Notes under the pieces: generated by a model
What the model was told of the DNA's origin: nothing
Databases searched by the model: none
What the model saw: the letters and a program-made list of their open reading frames with translations, nothing else
Translations under genes and position numbers: made by a program
Origin: Octopus vulgaris
Lineage: Eukaryota
DNA: 64,000 bases
NCBI GenBank assembly: GCA_951406725.2
Contig: OX597825.1
Location: 78,802,001-78,866,000 of the forward strand
Direction of reading: 5' to 3'
Shown here: positions 13,382 to 26,554 of the stretch, in pieces
Layout: every line of letters begins with the position of its first letter
Position numbering within the stretch: position 1 is the first letter of the stretch

Positions 13382-15234
13382 AGAAGCATGTTGTGTATGC
13401 TTGTTTATATACATACATGTGCATATACATGTATGTATGCATTTGTGTGCATGCACATGCAGACATAGGTATGCATGTACGTCTTTATATTTGTGCTTCT
13501 CAAAAATTACGGAGCTGCAAGCCATGATGTTATCATTTTCCGCTATCAACAAATCAACTGCTGGCTTCATGCCTTCGAAGAAATATGGAATACTTGAATA
13601 AATAAATAATTAGTGAGAGAAACAAATAAATAATCAGTGAGAGAAAGGGTATTTGGCTGTAAAACAATGCCTCCATATTACATTTGTCAAATCCATGCTA
13701 GCATGGAAAAAGGGAAGTAAAAAACCGAGAGAATATTTAACATTCCCTTAATAAATGGAGGTGGTGTTGGAACAGAAAGGAAAAATGTTATAATTTGTCT
13801 TTTTATTTCATTTATATTTTATTCACTGATATTCAAAGCCATCCTCTATATTATTAATGCCTTCTATTAACCTTTGCTGAACCTATTTCTAGCAACATTA
13901 GACTAACAGCATCTCTATTGATTTATTTAAAAGTCATATCTACAGCTAGTTTAAGCTGCTGCTGTTTAGAAGACAACTTATCAGAAACGTTCTTACACAA
14001 AGCTAGGAGGGAATTTTCCCCTTGAGTTATAATTCCTATGAAAAAAAAAATACATATTAAAATAGAAAATAGAAATTTCCGATATTAAATACGTAAACCG
14101 ACATGGACAGGTTGAGATGGATCGGGTGAGTGGGAAGATATCGGAAAGGTTGGAGTGAATGAGAATCTTGGAAATTAAATGAATGCTGGCAAGATTTCCT
14201 ATTAATTTATTAAATTTCATAAGGACAAATTACAGAAATGAAAATATTAGAGTCGTAAATAAGCCTTAAATGCAGAGTCTCAAGTTCTCTTAATAAAAAA
14301 CAGAATTTGATAATTGCATTTAGCAACTAATTTAATTTCAAGTGTTCAAACATGCAGCAACAAAAGCATAGAGTTTCACAAGATTTTTATCGAATACAAA
14401 ATTATTCATTTCTTATATTGGTTGTTATTTAAAGATTGAGTTATCATTGAAACTCGGTGCGAAATAGAGATGCAAAAAAGACAAAGCGACGGCGCTAGAT
14501 ATTCTACAAATATATGAAGCAGTAGAAGAAGAAGAAAAGGAAGAACAAACCAAAGAAAAAATAAACAATACAAGTGATATTTTGTAATAAAGCTGTAAAG
14601 GAATCAGTTTTGTTTTTGGCATAAATACAAAAGTATACAAGAGTTGGAGACGGAGGGTTTGAACCAGCGATAAATAAACAAGGCTGGTAGGTTGCCAGAA
14701 GCTGATCAAAAAATAGTCAAATGCAATGAAACAAGACACCTACAGCCATACTTTGGTGACGACAAAATAAAGTATAAAAGAGACAATAAGACATTTCTAG
14801 AATACAACTTAAATGTCTTCACCATAAACCTCACATGTAGCACATTACATCTTTATCTTTCGTTCGTTTCAGACATTAGACTGTGGCCATGCTGGGGCAA
14901 TAGCCTTGAAGGGTTTAGCTGAACAAATCAACCCTAGGAATTTTTTTTTTTTTTTTTTAAATCTGGAACTTATTCTATCAGTGTCTTTTGTTGAACTGCT
15001 TAGTTACATGGATGTAAATAAACCAACACTTGTTGACAAGTGTGGGAAGGACAAACACAAAGATACATGTATGTACATTTTTGGAACAGCAGATACCGAA
15101 CCACACACATAAACCTATAAATTACAGAAAGTAAATATTAGGTTGAAAAGCCTTTTGGATGGAAAAAAGTCACCGGCTGCCCATGGGACAGGGACCCACA
15201 TCTCCTGTAGACATGACACATATTGTCAACACAC

Positions 15235-15281
<47 letters not shown>

Positions 15282-16824
15282 GTTAAACGATGATGATGAT
15301 GATATATATATATGACAGACTTCCACAGTTGCTATCTACCAAATTCAGACACAAGGCATTGACTGACCCAGAGCTGTAGTAGGAGATACTTGCCCAAGGC
15401 AGTGAACTGGCAGAAACGTTAGCAAGCCAAGCGAAATGCTTAGCGATATTTCGTCTGCCGCTACGTTCTGAGTTCAAATTCCGCTGAGGCCGACATCCTT
15501 TCAGGGTCAATTAAATAAGTACCAGTTACGCACTGGGGTCGATATAACTGACTTAATCCGTTTGTGTGTCTTTGTTTGTCCCTTCTATGTTTAGTTCCTT
15601 GTGGGCAGTAAAGAAATAAGAAACTTGCCCAAGGTGCCACGCAGTAGGGCTGAACCTAAAACAATGTGGAAACCAAAGCAAGTTTCTTAACTGCACAGCC
15701 ATGTTTGAACCTATAACCAAATGATTTTAAACATTTGGCTTGAATCCATTACTGACAGTAAACAAAAACATCCATTATTTAAGCAAAATCATCAAATTCT
15801 ACTAAAACCTAAATCTTCAGAGACATTTTCTTGCAACTTAAGGAAATTCCAATTACATCACAGTCAAATGGTAGACAGGTAAATGTGGCAGAATGGAGAT
15901 AAATTCTAGCCAAAGTAGTGTGAAAGCCAGTTTCAGTTCTTGGTTATTTCTGTCATTTGGGCTCTTCATACAGAACTAAACAATCACACCAGATTAGACA
16001 TTTTGAGCACCAATTTGGAAGACAGAAAAGAGAAACAGATCACAAACAGGATCCAAACCAAATATCTGCCGTTTATTGAATAAGATAAATTTCCTTCTTC
16101 GTGGTGGATAGAATTCCTCAGAGCATTCTCATTTTCTGAGTTTGAATCCATCTAAGATCAACTTTACCTTTCATCCACTCAGGGTCAATAAATAAGCAAT
16201 TATGCAGGGAAGTTGATTGGTGGGCCAAGATCCTTTGAGATATCTGTTCCGTCTTTTTGCATTCTGGCAGTAATGTCTGTAACAATACTGGTGCCAAACT
16301 TGTATCAGCCCAAGTACACTGACTTGCCCTAGGGTGGAGAAGAGAGATTTGCTCTCCTACCTCTCTATGGCCAACTACCGGTCTCCCTCAAAAACATCTT
16401 ACCCAGGTTGACCAGTCATCTGCCTATGTGCAGATGGTCAACCTTGACCAATGGAGCCACCTACCTCCCCACCATCACATTGCTCATTGGGTAATTATTT
16501 TACAGATTATATCAGTGTCTGCCAATTAGAGACTATAGACTACAGACTTCTTTCACATAAATGTACTAATTTTGTCTCCACAGAATATTATCACCTACCT
16601 AATGCTAGCAAGATGGATAGTCTATGCTACTAAAAATTTGTGATTTATAATATAGGCTCAGACATGGCTATGAGGTGAGAAGTTTGCTTTCCAAACATGT
16701 GGTCCCAAGTTCAGTCCCACTGTGTGACACCTTGGGCAAGTGTCTTCTACAGAACCTTGAGCCAACCAAAGCCTTGTGAGTGGATTTGGTAAACAGAAAC
16801 TGAAAAATGCCCATTGTGTGTGTA

Positions 16825-16884
<60 letters not shown>

Positions 16885-17825
16885 CCTAAGGGTGGCTTGT
16901 TAGCAATTTTTCAACCGAAAGGCAAAAATACATACATCACTAAAGCAACTGTGGGCATTATTCAGCACCAGTATTGCTAGAAATAAGAGTGAAAACAACT
17001 CATAGCCAGAATAAGCACCATTTCATTGACTGACAAGTGAGACTGGTGTTTCTTTTTTTCTTTATGTGACACCAGCACCGGTGATTTTTTTTTTATAAAA
17101 AAAGCACCAGTGACGAAGCACATATTTATCACATGACACCAGTACTGGTACTTTTTCACATGACACCAGCACTTTCTAAATAATGCCACTGCTGGTGCTT
17201 TTTAACGTGGCGCCCAAAAGGTCACCGAGCACCTTCCAAGACATTAGAACAGATTATTTATAATATAAATATCGCTATTTCACATCTTACAAGTCAGAAG
17301 CATTATACTCATGTAAGAAAACATTATTCATTGCCGTAGAAACTGGATTTAAATTTAATTACAGAGAAAAACTCGATGTTTTGTCACACAAATTACATTA
17401 TACAACATTGTTCAGATATTAGCTTTTGTTTGATGATTCAATTTACCGAAGCAGCTGTTTGCGGAGACAATTGAATGAAATTCACTGGAAATGAATGACT
17501 AAACCAGTCTTACAACAATCGTATTTGCTAATACATTGTCATCTTTTTCCTAGTTTATAGAACAGGTAAACGAAGAAGAGTCCCGTTGAACTGATTACAA
17601 CAAAGTAATTTGGAACTGTGTGTCTTTTAAGAATGGATATAAATAAACAAAAAGAAATAAAAGCAAACAGCAGGCATGGCTGTGTGATTAAGAGGCTCAC
17701 TCTGCAACCAACTGGTTTCAGGTTCAGTCCCACTGCACAGCACCTTGGGGGTCTTCTGTGATAGTCCCGAGGCCAACCAATGCTTTGTGAGCGAATTTGG
17801 TAGATGGAGACTGTGTGGAAACCTA

Positions 17826-17864
<39 letters not shown>

Positions 17865-18324
17865 CCTTTATGCCCGTCACACACACATGCTTGACAACCA
17901 GTGTTGATTTGTTTACGTTCCCATAACTTAGCAGTTCAGCAAGAGAGACTGATGGAATAAGTACCAGACTTAAAAAAACAAATACCTATGTGGTGGGGTC
18001 AATTTGTTCAACTAAAATCCTTCAAAGTGGAGCCCCAGCATGGCCGCAGTCTAATGACTGAAACAAGTATATGATAAAAGTAAAAGAATCTAAAATTTTC
18101 TCAACTAAAGTGGTGGACATTTTATTATAAAAATCCTGCAACAACTAGTCAACCATGAAGAACAAGAACCTTATGGTTGACTTCAGGCAATGATCTTTCA
18201 GGAAAATTTAATTAATTTTCAGGACTGATTAAGATGGTTAATGTTCAGCTCCCAAATCAGCTCTGTTCATGCAGACATATAGCCTCTCCCTTCAGGTATC
18301 CATACCTGTGCCTGTATTATATCT

Positions 18325-18530
18325 CTTTCCTCTTTTACATTTTTCAGCCATTTGACTGAGGCCATGCTGGAGCACTGCCTTTAGTCAAGCAAATCGACCC
18401 CGGGACTAATTCTTTGTAAGCCCAGTACTTATTCTATCAGTCTCTTTTGCCGAACCGCTAAGTGACGGGGACGTAAACACACCAGCATCGGTTGTCAAGC
18501 AATACTAGGGGGACAAACACAGACACACAA

Positions 18531-18579
<49 letters not shown>

Positions 18580-18745
18580 TACGACAGGCTTCTTTCAGTT
18601 TCCGTCTACCAAATCCACTCACAAGGCATTGGTTGGCCTGGGGCTATAGCAGAAGACACTCGCCCAAGATGCCACGCAGTGGGACTGAACCCGTAACCAT
18701 GTGGTTAGTTAGCAAGCTACTTACCACACAGCCACTCTTGCGCCT
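18325..18745 (-). mobile_element. SINE family A, full-length
   Basis: Near-identical reverse complement of 29252-29668. Confidence 0.9.
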
Positions 18746-21018
18746 ATATATATACGCAATAATTAAAATAATGTAATTTACTGCAATTTGTTATGTGTGT
18801 GATTCCCTGCTTCAAATGAAAATTGCCTTGCTTGAAAATGGTTCATGGTGCGAAATAAAAAAGGTTGGGGTCGCTGCTCTAAGGAACAGACCAAATGGCT
18901 AGTTTATGCGAACAAAATAAATATTGCTTCTGTATAGGAACCAGTGTTTCTTTCTACCTCAATGCAAGAACCATAATGTGGAAACCTGTCTAAAGAATAC
19001 TTATAATTGGAATGGATAAAACATTTTCTTATTTTTCGGCATACAAGCAAAATTCTTGCAGACCAAAATGTAGAGCGTAAAAAAGGAAAGGCTGACATAC
19101 ACCAAGACAACATCAGTGGGCCAAAAATTCTATGTGAAATGCAGAAGGATTTAGAAAGATAGTGACAATATCTGCCTGATTCCACAATATATCAAGTTCG
19201 CTTGTATGACATAAAAATACAATATTGACAAATTAGATTCAAAGAATTTACTTGGATTGGACAATTAGAGAACACAGGTATTGCTTTAATGGTTGATTTA
19301 TAATTGAGATAGTATTGATGAATTGATATCAATACATAAAGAGATGATGCATACAAAGTAGAACCCAAAGAAAACCTTAATTATAAGATTATAATTAAGA
19401 TTATTAATTTTTCAAACTATTATCTTCATCTTTAGAATTGAAAGTTTTAAAATCTATTTTGAATATACATTATTATTAGTCTTTAAAATAGCAGGTTGCC
19501 AATTCCAAACTAATGTAATCTTGTAATATATACACATTGAGGCACAAAGCGTCTGATGACATGAAAAAATCAAACTGAATGAAACAGTATAGATATAAAC
19601 AAGAAACAGTTTTCCTATTATCATCATTTAATGTCTGTTGTCCAAGCTGGCATGGGCTGGACAGTTTGACCAGGGCTGGCAAACTGCTCCAGACTCCAGA
19701 CTGATTTGGCATGGCTTCTACAGCTGGATGCCCTTCCTAATGCCAACCAACCCAAGAGTGTAATGAGTACTTTTGCATGCCACCCGCACGGATGCCATTT
19801 GTGTGACACCAGTATCTGCCACAATTACAATTTTACTTGGTTTTTGATGAGTCTTCTTCTCAAGCATGACATAATGCCAAAGGTCTCAATCATTCACCAT
19901 TGCCTCCATGGGACCCAGTTCGATGAAAATTATAATTTTATGAACAACATATCATCCCAAACATTTAATTCATCCACAAAAATTTCCCACCACCTCTCAC
20001 CCAGAGCCAATACTACACAAACAATATCTCATCATCATCAGCAAACATCCTTTTTCCATGCTGGTATGGGATGGACAGTTTGCCAGGATCTGGAGAGCTG
20101 CAGGACAGCGTTGAGCTCCAATGTTAGCTTCGGTGTGGTTTCTATGGCTGGATACCCTTCCTAACACTTAACCACTTTACACTGTGTACTGGGTGCCTTT
20201 TTTCTATGCCCCCAGCACTGGTGAGGTTTCCAAGTAACTTGAAAGACAGGAAAAGAAAAAAAAGCTTCCCCATCTGAAGTGGAAGGGAAGAGAGTATTTG
20301 GTGGGGTGGAAGGTGGATTTAGGCCAATAGAGGGACAAACTTAAGGGATGATACATGACTGCCACACATTATATGGGAGTAGTTGTGAAGATGGTAAGAT
20401 GTAATTCCAGAGTTAACTCAAGGTACAGGAAGGTGAGCGTAAGGGACGATACAGACTGTGGGTCACAGAAAAAGAGAGACTGGGTGCCTTCATAAATGCG
20501 TGAGGGAATGGCAACAGATGGTTAGAAATGGGTGGTGGGGTAGAGGAGATATGGTCTATTACATATTACAACTATGAATGAGACTTCCAAGAAAAATCCT
20601 ACAAGGTGGAAACAAAACTACTCTCAAAGCAGGGGGATTTAACTAAAGTTCAGGTAGGACTAGACTTAACCATTAATGAAGTCTTTTCAATAAATAGCAG
20701 AACAGAAAATTTTTAAGTGGTTTTTTTCCTTTTGTGGACATAATGGTTATGGTAAAATACAAAGAAAGATAGCTTTGGTAAAGATTATGAAAACAAATGA
20801 ACATGATGTCTAATTTCAGGTTATCTGTATTTGACTGGTAAATTTTCATAAATATTCTATATTCCCTAAGTGCCAGAATGACCAGATAACGATGTTATAT
20901 AAAGCTATGATAAGACTAATCAGCTAATGAAAGGAGTTTTTCGGCCTTCTTTATCAGCAAATACACTTAGGACAAAGCAGACTCTGCTAAAAGGTGCCCA
21001 AAGACTCAATGATAGCGC

Positions 21019-21481
21019 TAACCCTTTTGATGCCAACCCGGTTGAAACTGCCTCTGGCTCTGTAGTACAAATGTCTTGTTTCCATAAGTCTTGAATTAAA
21101 ATCTTCCAAACTTTAGTTACAATTTATGTTCCTAACACCAGCTTAATGATAACTAAGTTATTTTACTAAATTCTTTGTTATATTTTAAATTGAAAGAAAC
21201 ACAGAGCATCTCAACAGAAATATGGTAAGAAAAGGATTAATAAATGATTAATTTAACCCTTTTGATATCAACCAGGCTGAAACTGCCTCTTGCTCTGTAG
21301 TACAAATTTCTGATTTTCATAAGTTCTGAATTAAAATCTTCCACCAAACCTTAATCGCAATTTATGTTTCTAACATCAGCTTAATGATAAGTTATTTTAC
21401 TAAATTCTTTGTTATATTTAAAATTAATTGAAAGAAACACAAAGCAACTCAAAACAAATATGGTGGCAACAAAAGGGTTAA
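21019..21481. mobile_element. Two adjacent copies of a ~225-bp piggyBac-like MITE
   Basis: Direct repeats at 21019-21240 and 21253-21481, each bounded by (T)TAACCCTTTT...AAAGG(G/A)TTAA. Confidence 0.65.
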
Positions 21482-21979
21482 GTCTACCACCTAAGGTGGC
21501 TAAGGTGAGATTTTAACTCAAACACAAAGAACTAGAACAAACATCATAAAGTAACCCGTCTGATACTATAATCAGTTTGCCCATTCGTTTATTCTCTGAA
21601 ATAACCAGATTTAGAATTTACCATGTGTACTAACAATATACACTTATATAAGTTATTTTCACTGAAGGAATTCTATAAATATTCTCTCTACCTAACTTCC
21701 TGTGCCTTGAGGGGTACACCTTGATACCTTATCTCCACCATCCTTACTCCCTTTCTTGCTGGGGTGGCCATATGTCTCCTCTACAGTAAGACATCTCTTC
21801 CAGTCTCCCTTTCCTACTTTAGCTTCCGGCACAAAGCCACTTCCCTAAACATTGTATCCCTACTCTGACAAGGGGTCTTATTTTGCAAGATATTTGGTGG
21901 CCCCACTAGTGCTGGTTCCACAAAAAAAAATGCATCCAGTGCTCCCTGTAAAGTGATAGGTATTAGAAAGGGTATTATA

Positions 21980-22212
21980 AAGGCGGCGAGCTGACAGAAT
22001 CGTTAGCATGCCGGGCAAAATGCGTAGCCGTATTTTGTCCGTCTTTACGTTCTGAGTTCAATTCCACCGAGGTCGACTTTGCCTTTCATCCTTTCAGGGT
22101 CGATTAAATAAGTACCAGTTACGCACTGGGGTCGATATAATCGACTTATCCATTTGTCTGTCCTTGTTTGTCCTCTCTGTGTTTAGCCCCTTGTGGGTAG
22201 TAAAGAAATAGG
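21980..22212 (+). mobile_element. tRNA-derived SINE, family B, reference copy
   Basis: AAGGCGGCGAGCTG(G/A)CAGAA..GTTAGC...GAGTTCAA(A)TTCC head and central GCCTTTCATCCTTTCGGGGTCGATAAATAAGTACCAG domain. Other copies at about 5645-5865-, 5866-6095-, 10240-10445+, 15397-15622+, 28541-28757+, 42610-42735+, 43440-43760+, 44645-44855+, 53560-53725-. Confidence 0.85.
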
Positions 22213-23840
22213 TATTAGAAAGGGTATCCAGCTGTAGAAGCCTTGCCAAAGCAGACAATGGAGACCAGCTAATCAGATCCTATCAACCCATCCAACCCAT
22301 ATTAGCATGGAACACAAATGTTAAATGATGATGATGTTAGGAAAAAGATGAACAAGTGACCCTTCCATATATTTTATAAGAGGAGAAGAAACACCCTTTA
22401 TAGGTTACAGCCCTAGATTGGTGAAATTTGTGCAGTTGAGATGTTCAAGTTAAACATCTGCTGCAGGGGTCCATTGTAATAAAAAAAAAAACAGAAAAAA
22501 ATGAAACTCCACCAGTGAACTTTGATTCTGGAAGACTAGTAACAGGAGGAAGGAACGTGTGAGAAAAGAGGGCCTAGGTGAAGAGGATATTCTATATTTT
22601 CCAGCATACAGGTCAAATTTTTGTAGATCAAAATTTACAGCCAAAAACAATGTAGGTCAACTTATACAGCAAGATGGCTTTGGAGGACCAAAAATTCCAT
22701 GTGAAACGCAACGAGGTTTGGAAAGGTAGTGATGACATTTGCACGTTTACACAATATCCTGCATCAACTTGCATATCGGAAAATATGACAGTTCAGAGAG
22801 GCAAATACCATCACGGTAGTGACAGAAGAGGTAGCAGAGAGAAGAAGAGACAGCAGCTCTGAGAGCTATTTTGTATCGAATGTGTGTGTTTGTAGTACCA
22901 CCACCACCCGTACTACCTCCACAGATGTGTGAGCTGCACTCTAACGTCATGGATTGGCTTACTTGACTTTTGAACTAAACTGTTACTACTGAAGAAAAAG
23001 TATAATACGACCTAACCTATATTTATCATGCTAACAAATAATGACGATATACAAAAATAAACAATTATCAGATGATACTAATCATTAAATTAGGAGATTA
23101 TAGATTAACCCCTTGGAGACAAAAACCAACTGGTGCTTCTAAACCAGTCGTGAGTAAACTGTGGCTCATGGTGTGGCCCTGATGATGATGAACCATGCCT
23201 TGTATGACCTGCTGCATGAAAAGGGTTCCCCTTGCCGTGCATGTGCAATCTGTGTGGGGTCACCCTCGAAGAGAGATGAAAAAAGACTTTTCTGTCAATC
23301 ACTTCCAGGTATGTTTAGAAAGTCAGGAAACAATAACACCAAATGATTGTCCATCACTGAAATTACACAGACGCAATTATCATAGAACTAAGATGCTCAA
23401 TAATTAAACTGATTAATAATTAAATTGATTTTGACATATGATTGTTGATTGGCTTGTCTAGAGGAATATATCGATTCCAAGAACTGAAATTCTAATAAAT
23501 GTTTAAATTATAAAATTTCAAATTCTAACTTAGTGCTTCTCAGGTTAAACACCTACATTTGGTTTGGGTTTTGTTAATTTAAACATCAGCATTATGTTAT
23601 GAAAGTTCTAATTTTTCTGGGTGTGTGCCAGCATAAACAGTATGTGAATGGAGCAATATTTACAAGAGAAATATGTAAACAAGTTGCCAACTAAACATGG
23701 CAGATTGAAGCTCTATCCATTCTGGCATCAAGCAAAACATATCATGTAGTACATTCCACATTCAAGCCCTACTAGATCTACTTCGTCGTTCATCCTTCAA
23801 AAGTCAATAAAATACTTCTGGTACAAGTGCCTTCCTGTGT

Positions 23841-24135
23841 GACACCAGCACGGGTACCCCTTACATGACACCGGCACGGGTACCCCTTACATGACACCGG
23901 CACGGGTACCCCTTACATGACACCGGCACGGGTACCCCTTACATGACACCGGCACGGGTACCCCTTACATGACACCGGCACGGGTACCCCTTACATGACA
24001 CCAGCACGGGTACCCCTTACATGACATCAGCACGGGTACCCCTTACATGACACAGGCACGGGTACCCCTTAAAATGACACCGGCACGGGTACCCCTTACA
24101 TGACAGCAGCATAGGTGTCCCTTATGTGACACCAG
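23841..24135. repeat. 26-bp minisatellite, about 11 units
   Basis: Unit GACACCGGCACGGGTACCCCTTACAT, degenerate at both ends. Confidence 0.95.
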
Positions 24136-24676
24136 TATGGGTGCTTTCCACATGACAACACCAAACTGGATGCTTGAGGCCCAACATCTGAAGATCCTTT
24201 CTCACCACTTCATCCAGGACAGTTCTGAAATAGCTCAGGCTATCTAGCTGTAAATAGATGCTAGGTGATAGTTGTTGAAATGACACTATGTTCAAGCATG
24301 CCCTTTTTTTTTTTTTTTTAACAAGTATGTACCCATAACAACAAAGGAGTGATACCACCTTCATCCTACCAAACACTTCACAATCCCTAAACAAAGCAGA
24401 TCATATTAAGACATAGATTGGAGGTTGGGCTTTCTCCATATGACTGTTTTCATTTCTCAACATTCAGTATAAAATGTCAGTACTTGGGTGAAATAACAGT
24501 GTTTGGTGAATGAAGTTAATTAAAGAATTATGAATTTCTTACTGACACTGAAGGACAGATATGATGTACGCATGGAAGGATCAACTGAAAGAAGGATGCA
24601 CATATACACTTATAGTAAATAAACAAATACATGCTATATATAGGTATACAGGTCAGCATTACAAATAAATGATATG

Positions 24677-24712
<36 letters not shown>

Positions 24713-24781
24713 TAAATATCGAGAACAGAGATTTACATATCCAGGTTTTGTGATACAGTTAATCACATCTTTCTTTGTCAG

Positions 24782-24866
24782 TACCTACATGCATTTCCAC
24801 TGCAAGCTGATGCACACCGCAAATTATGCATATTGGTGAGCATCATAGTGCTGCTTCATCAGGGTA
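24782..24866 (-). ncRNA. Degenerate hammerhead motif with long stem II
   Basis: Minus strand: tacc-CTGATGA-agcagcact...gatgctcacc..ggtgtgcatc...agtg-GAAA-TGCAT-GTA-ggta. Sits beside a (TA)n tract. Confidence 0.45.
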
Positions 24867-26554
24867 AAATTTAACTACATCTCAGATACTAAATATATAT
24901 ATATATAGGCGCAGGAGTGGCTGTGTGGTAAGAAGCTTGCTTCGCAACCATATGGTTCCAGGTTCAGTCCAACTGCCTGGCACCTTGGACAAAGGTCTTC
25001 TACTATAGCCTCAGGCCAACCAAAGTCATGCGAGTGGATTTGGTAGACAGAAACTGAAAGAAGCCTGTCATGTGTGTGTTTGTGTGAGTATTTATGTGAG
25101 TGTTTGTGTGTCTGTGTTTGTTCCCTCACCATTGCTTGACAACCAATGTTGTGTTTACATCCCTGTAACTTAGTGGTTCAGCAAAAGAGATGGACAGAAT
25201 AAGTACTAGGCTTATAAACAATAAGCTCTGGGGTCAATTTGTTTGACTAGAAGGCAGTGCTCCAACATGGTCACAGTCAAATGACATATATATATATACA
25301 TATATTGAAAGATATCTCGTCGTCATCATCATTTAACGTCCGCGTTCCATGCTAGCGTGGGTGGGATGGTACCACAAGAGCCAGCCAGGCCAATGCCTGC
25401 ACCGGACTTCTGTAACTATTTTGGCACGAATTTTACAGCTGGATACCCTTCCTAACACCAACCACTCAGCAGAGTGGACTATATATATATACATCACACA
25501 TTGGGCCGTTGCCAGCGCCGCCTTGGCTGGCTTCCGTGCCGGTGGCACGTTAAAAGCTCCAACCGATCGTGGCCGATGCTGGACCCCCTGGCACCTGTGC
25601 AGGTGGCACATAAAAAGCACCCACTACACTCGCGGAGTGGTTGGCGTTAGGAAGGGCATCCAGCTGTAGAAACTCTGCCAGATCAGACTGGAGCCTGGTG
25701 CAACCCCTGGCTTCCCAGACCCCGGTCGAACCATCCAACCCATGCTAGCGTGGAAAACAGACGTTTAAACGATGATGATGATGATGATAACATACACACA
25801 CACACATAAAACCATAGATGTATCTCGATATATAAATATATTTATCATAAATAAAAAAAAGTAAACACATAGGTATATAAACGCTTATAGGTAAACACAC
25901 TACACAGACACACGCATGATTATAGGTGCAGGCGTGGCCATGTGGTAAGAAGTTCACTTCCTAACCACATGGTTCCTGGTTCAGTCCCACTACATGACAC
26001 CTTGAGCAAGTGTCTTCTACTATAGCCTGAGGCCAACCAAAGCCTTGTGAGAGGATTTGGTGAACAGAAACTGAAAGAATCCCACTCTGTGTGTGTGTGT
26101 GCATCTTTTTCTGTTTGAGTTTGTCCACCACTGCCGCTTGACAACTAGTTTTGACATGTTCACAACCCCATAACTTAGCAGTTCAGCAAAATAAACTGAT
26201 AGAATAAGTGCCAGGCTTAAGAAAAAAATGTAGTGGTCAATTGATTAGATTAAACTTCAAGGCATTGCCCCAGCATGGCCACAGTCTAATGATTGAACCC
26301 ATTAAAAGATAAAACTATATATATTTAGCATTCAGATTATTTTATCAAATGTAATCATTTATTCACATTGTTTTGAATTAATCATGGATTGATTACCTTG
26401 AAGCTTCAAGATTTCAATGAGGTCATTGTATAGTTTTTTGAATGACATTGTAGGGAAGGTGTGAGAGGCTGAATCAGGTCAGTTTGAACATAAAACAGGT
26501 CGAATATTTGGGCTGGATATGGCTGGCTCAAATGCTAAAGGATTTAACAAATAG

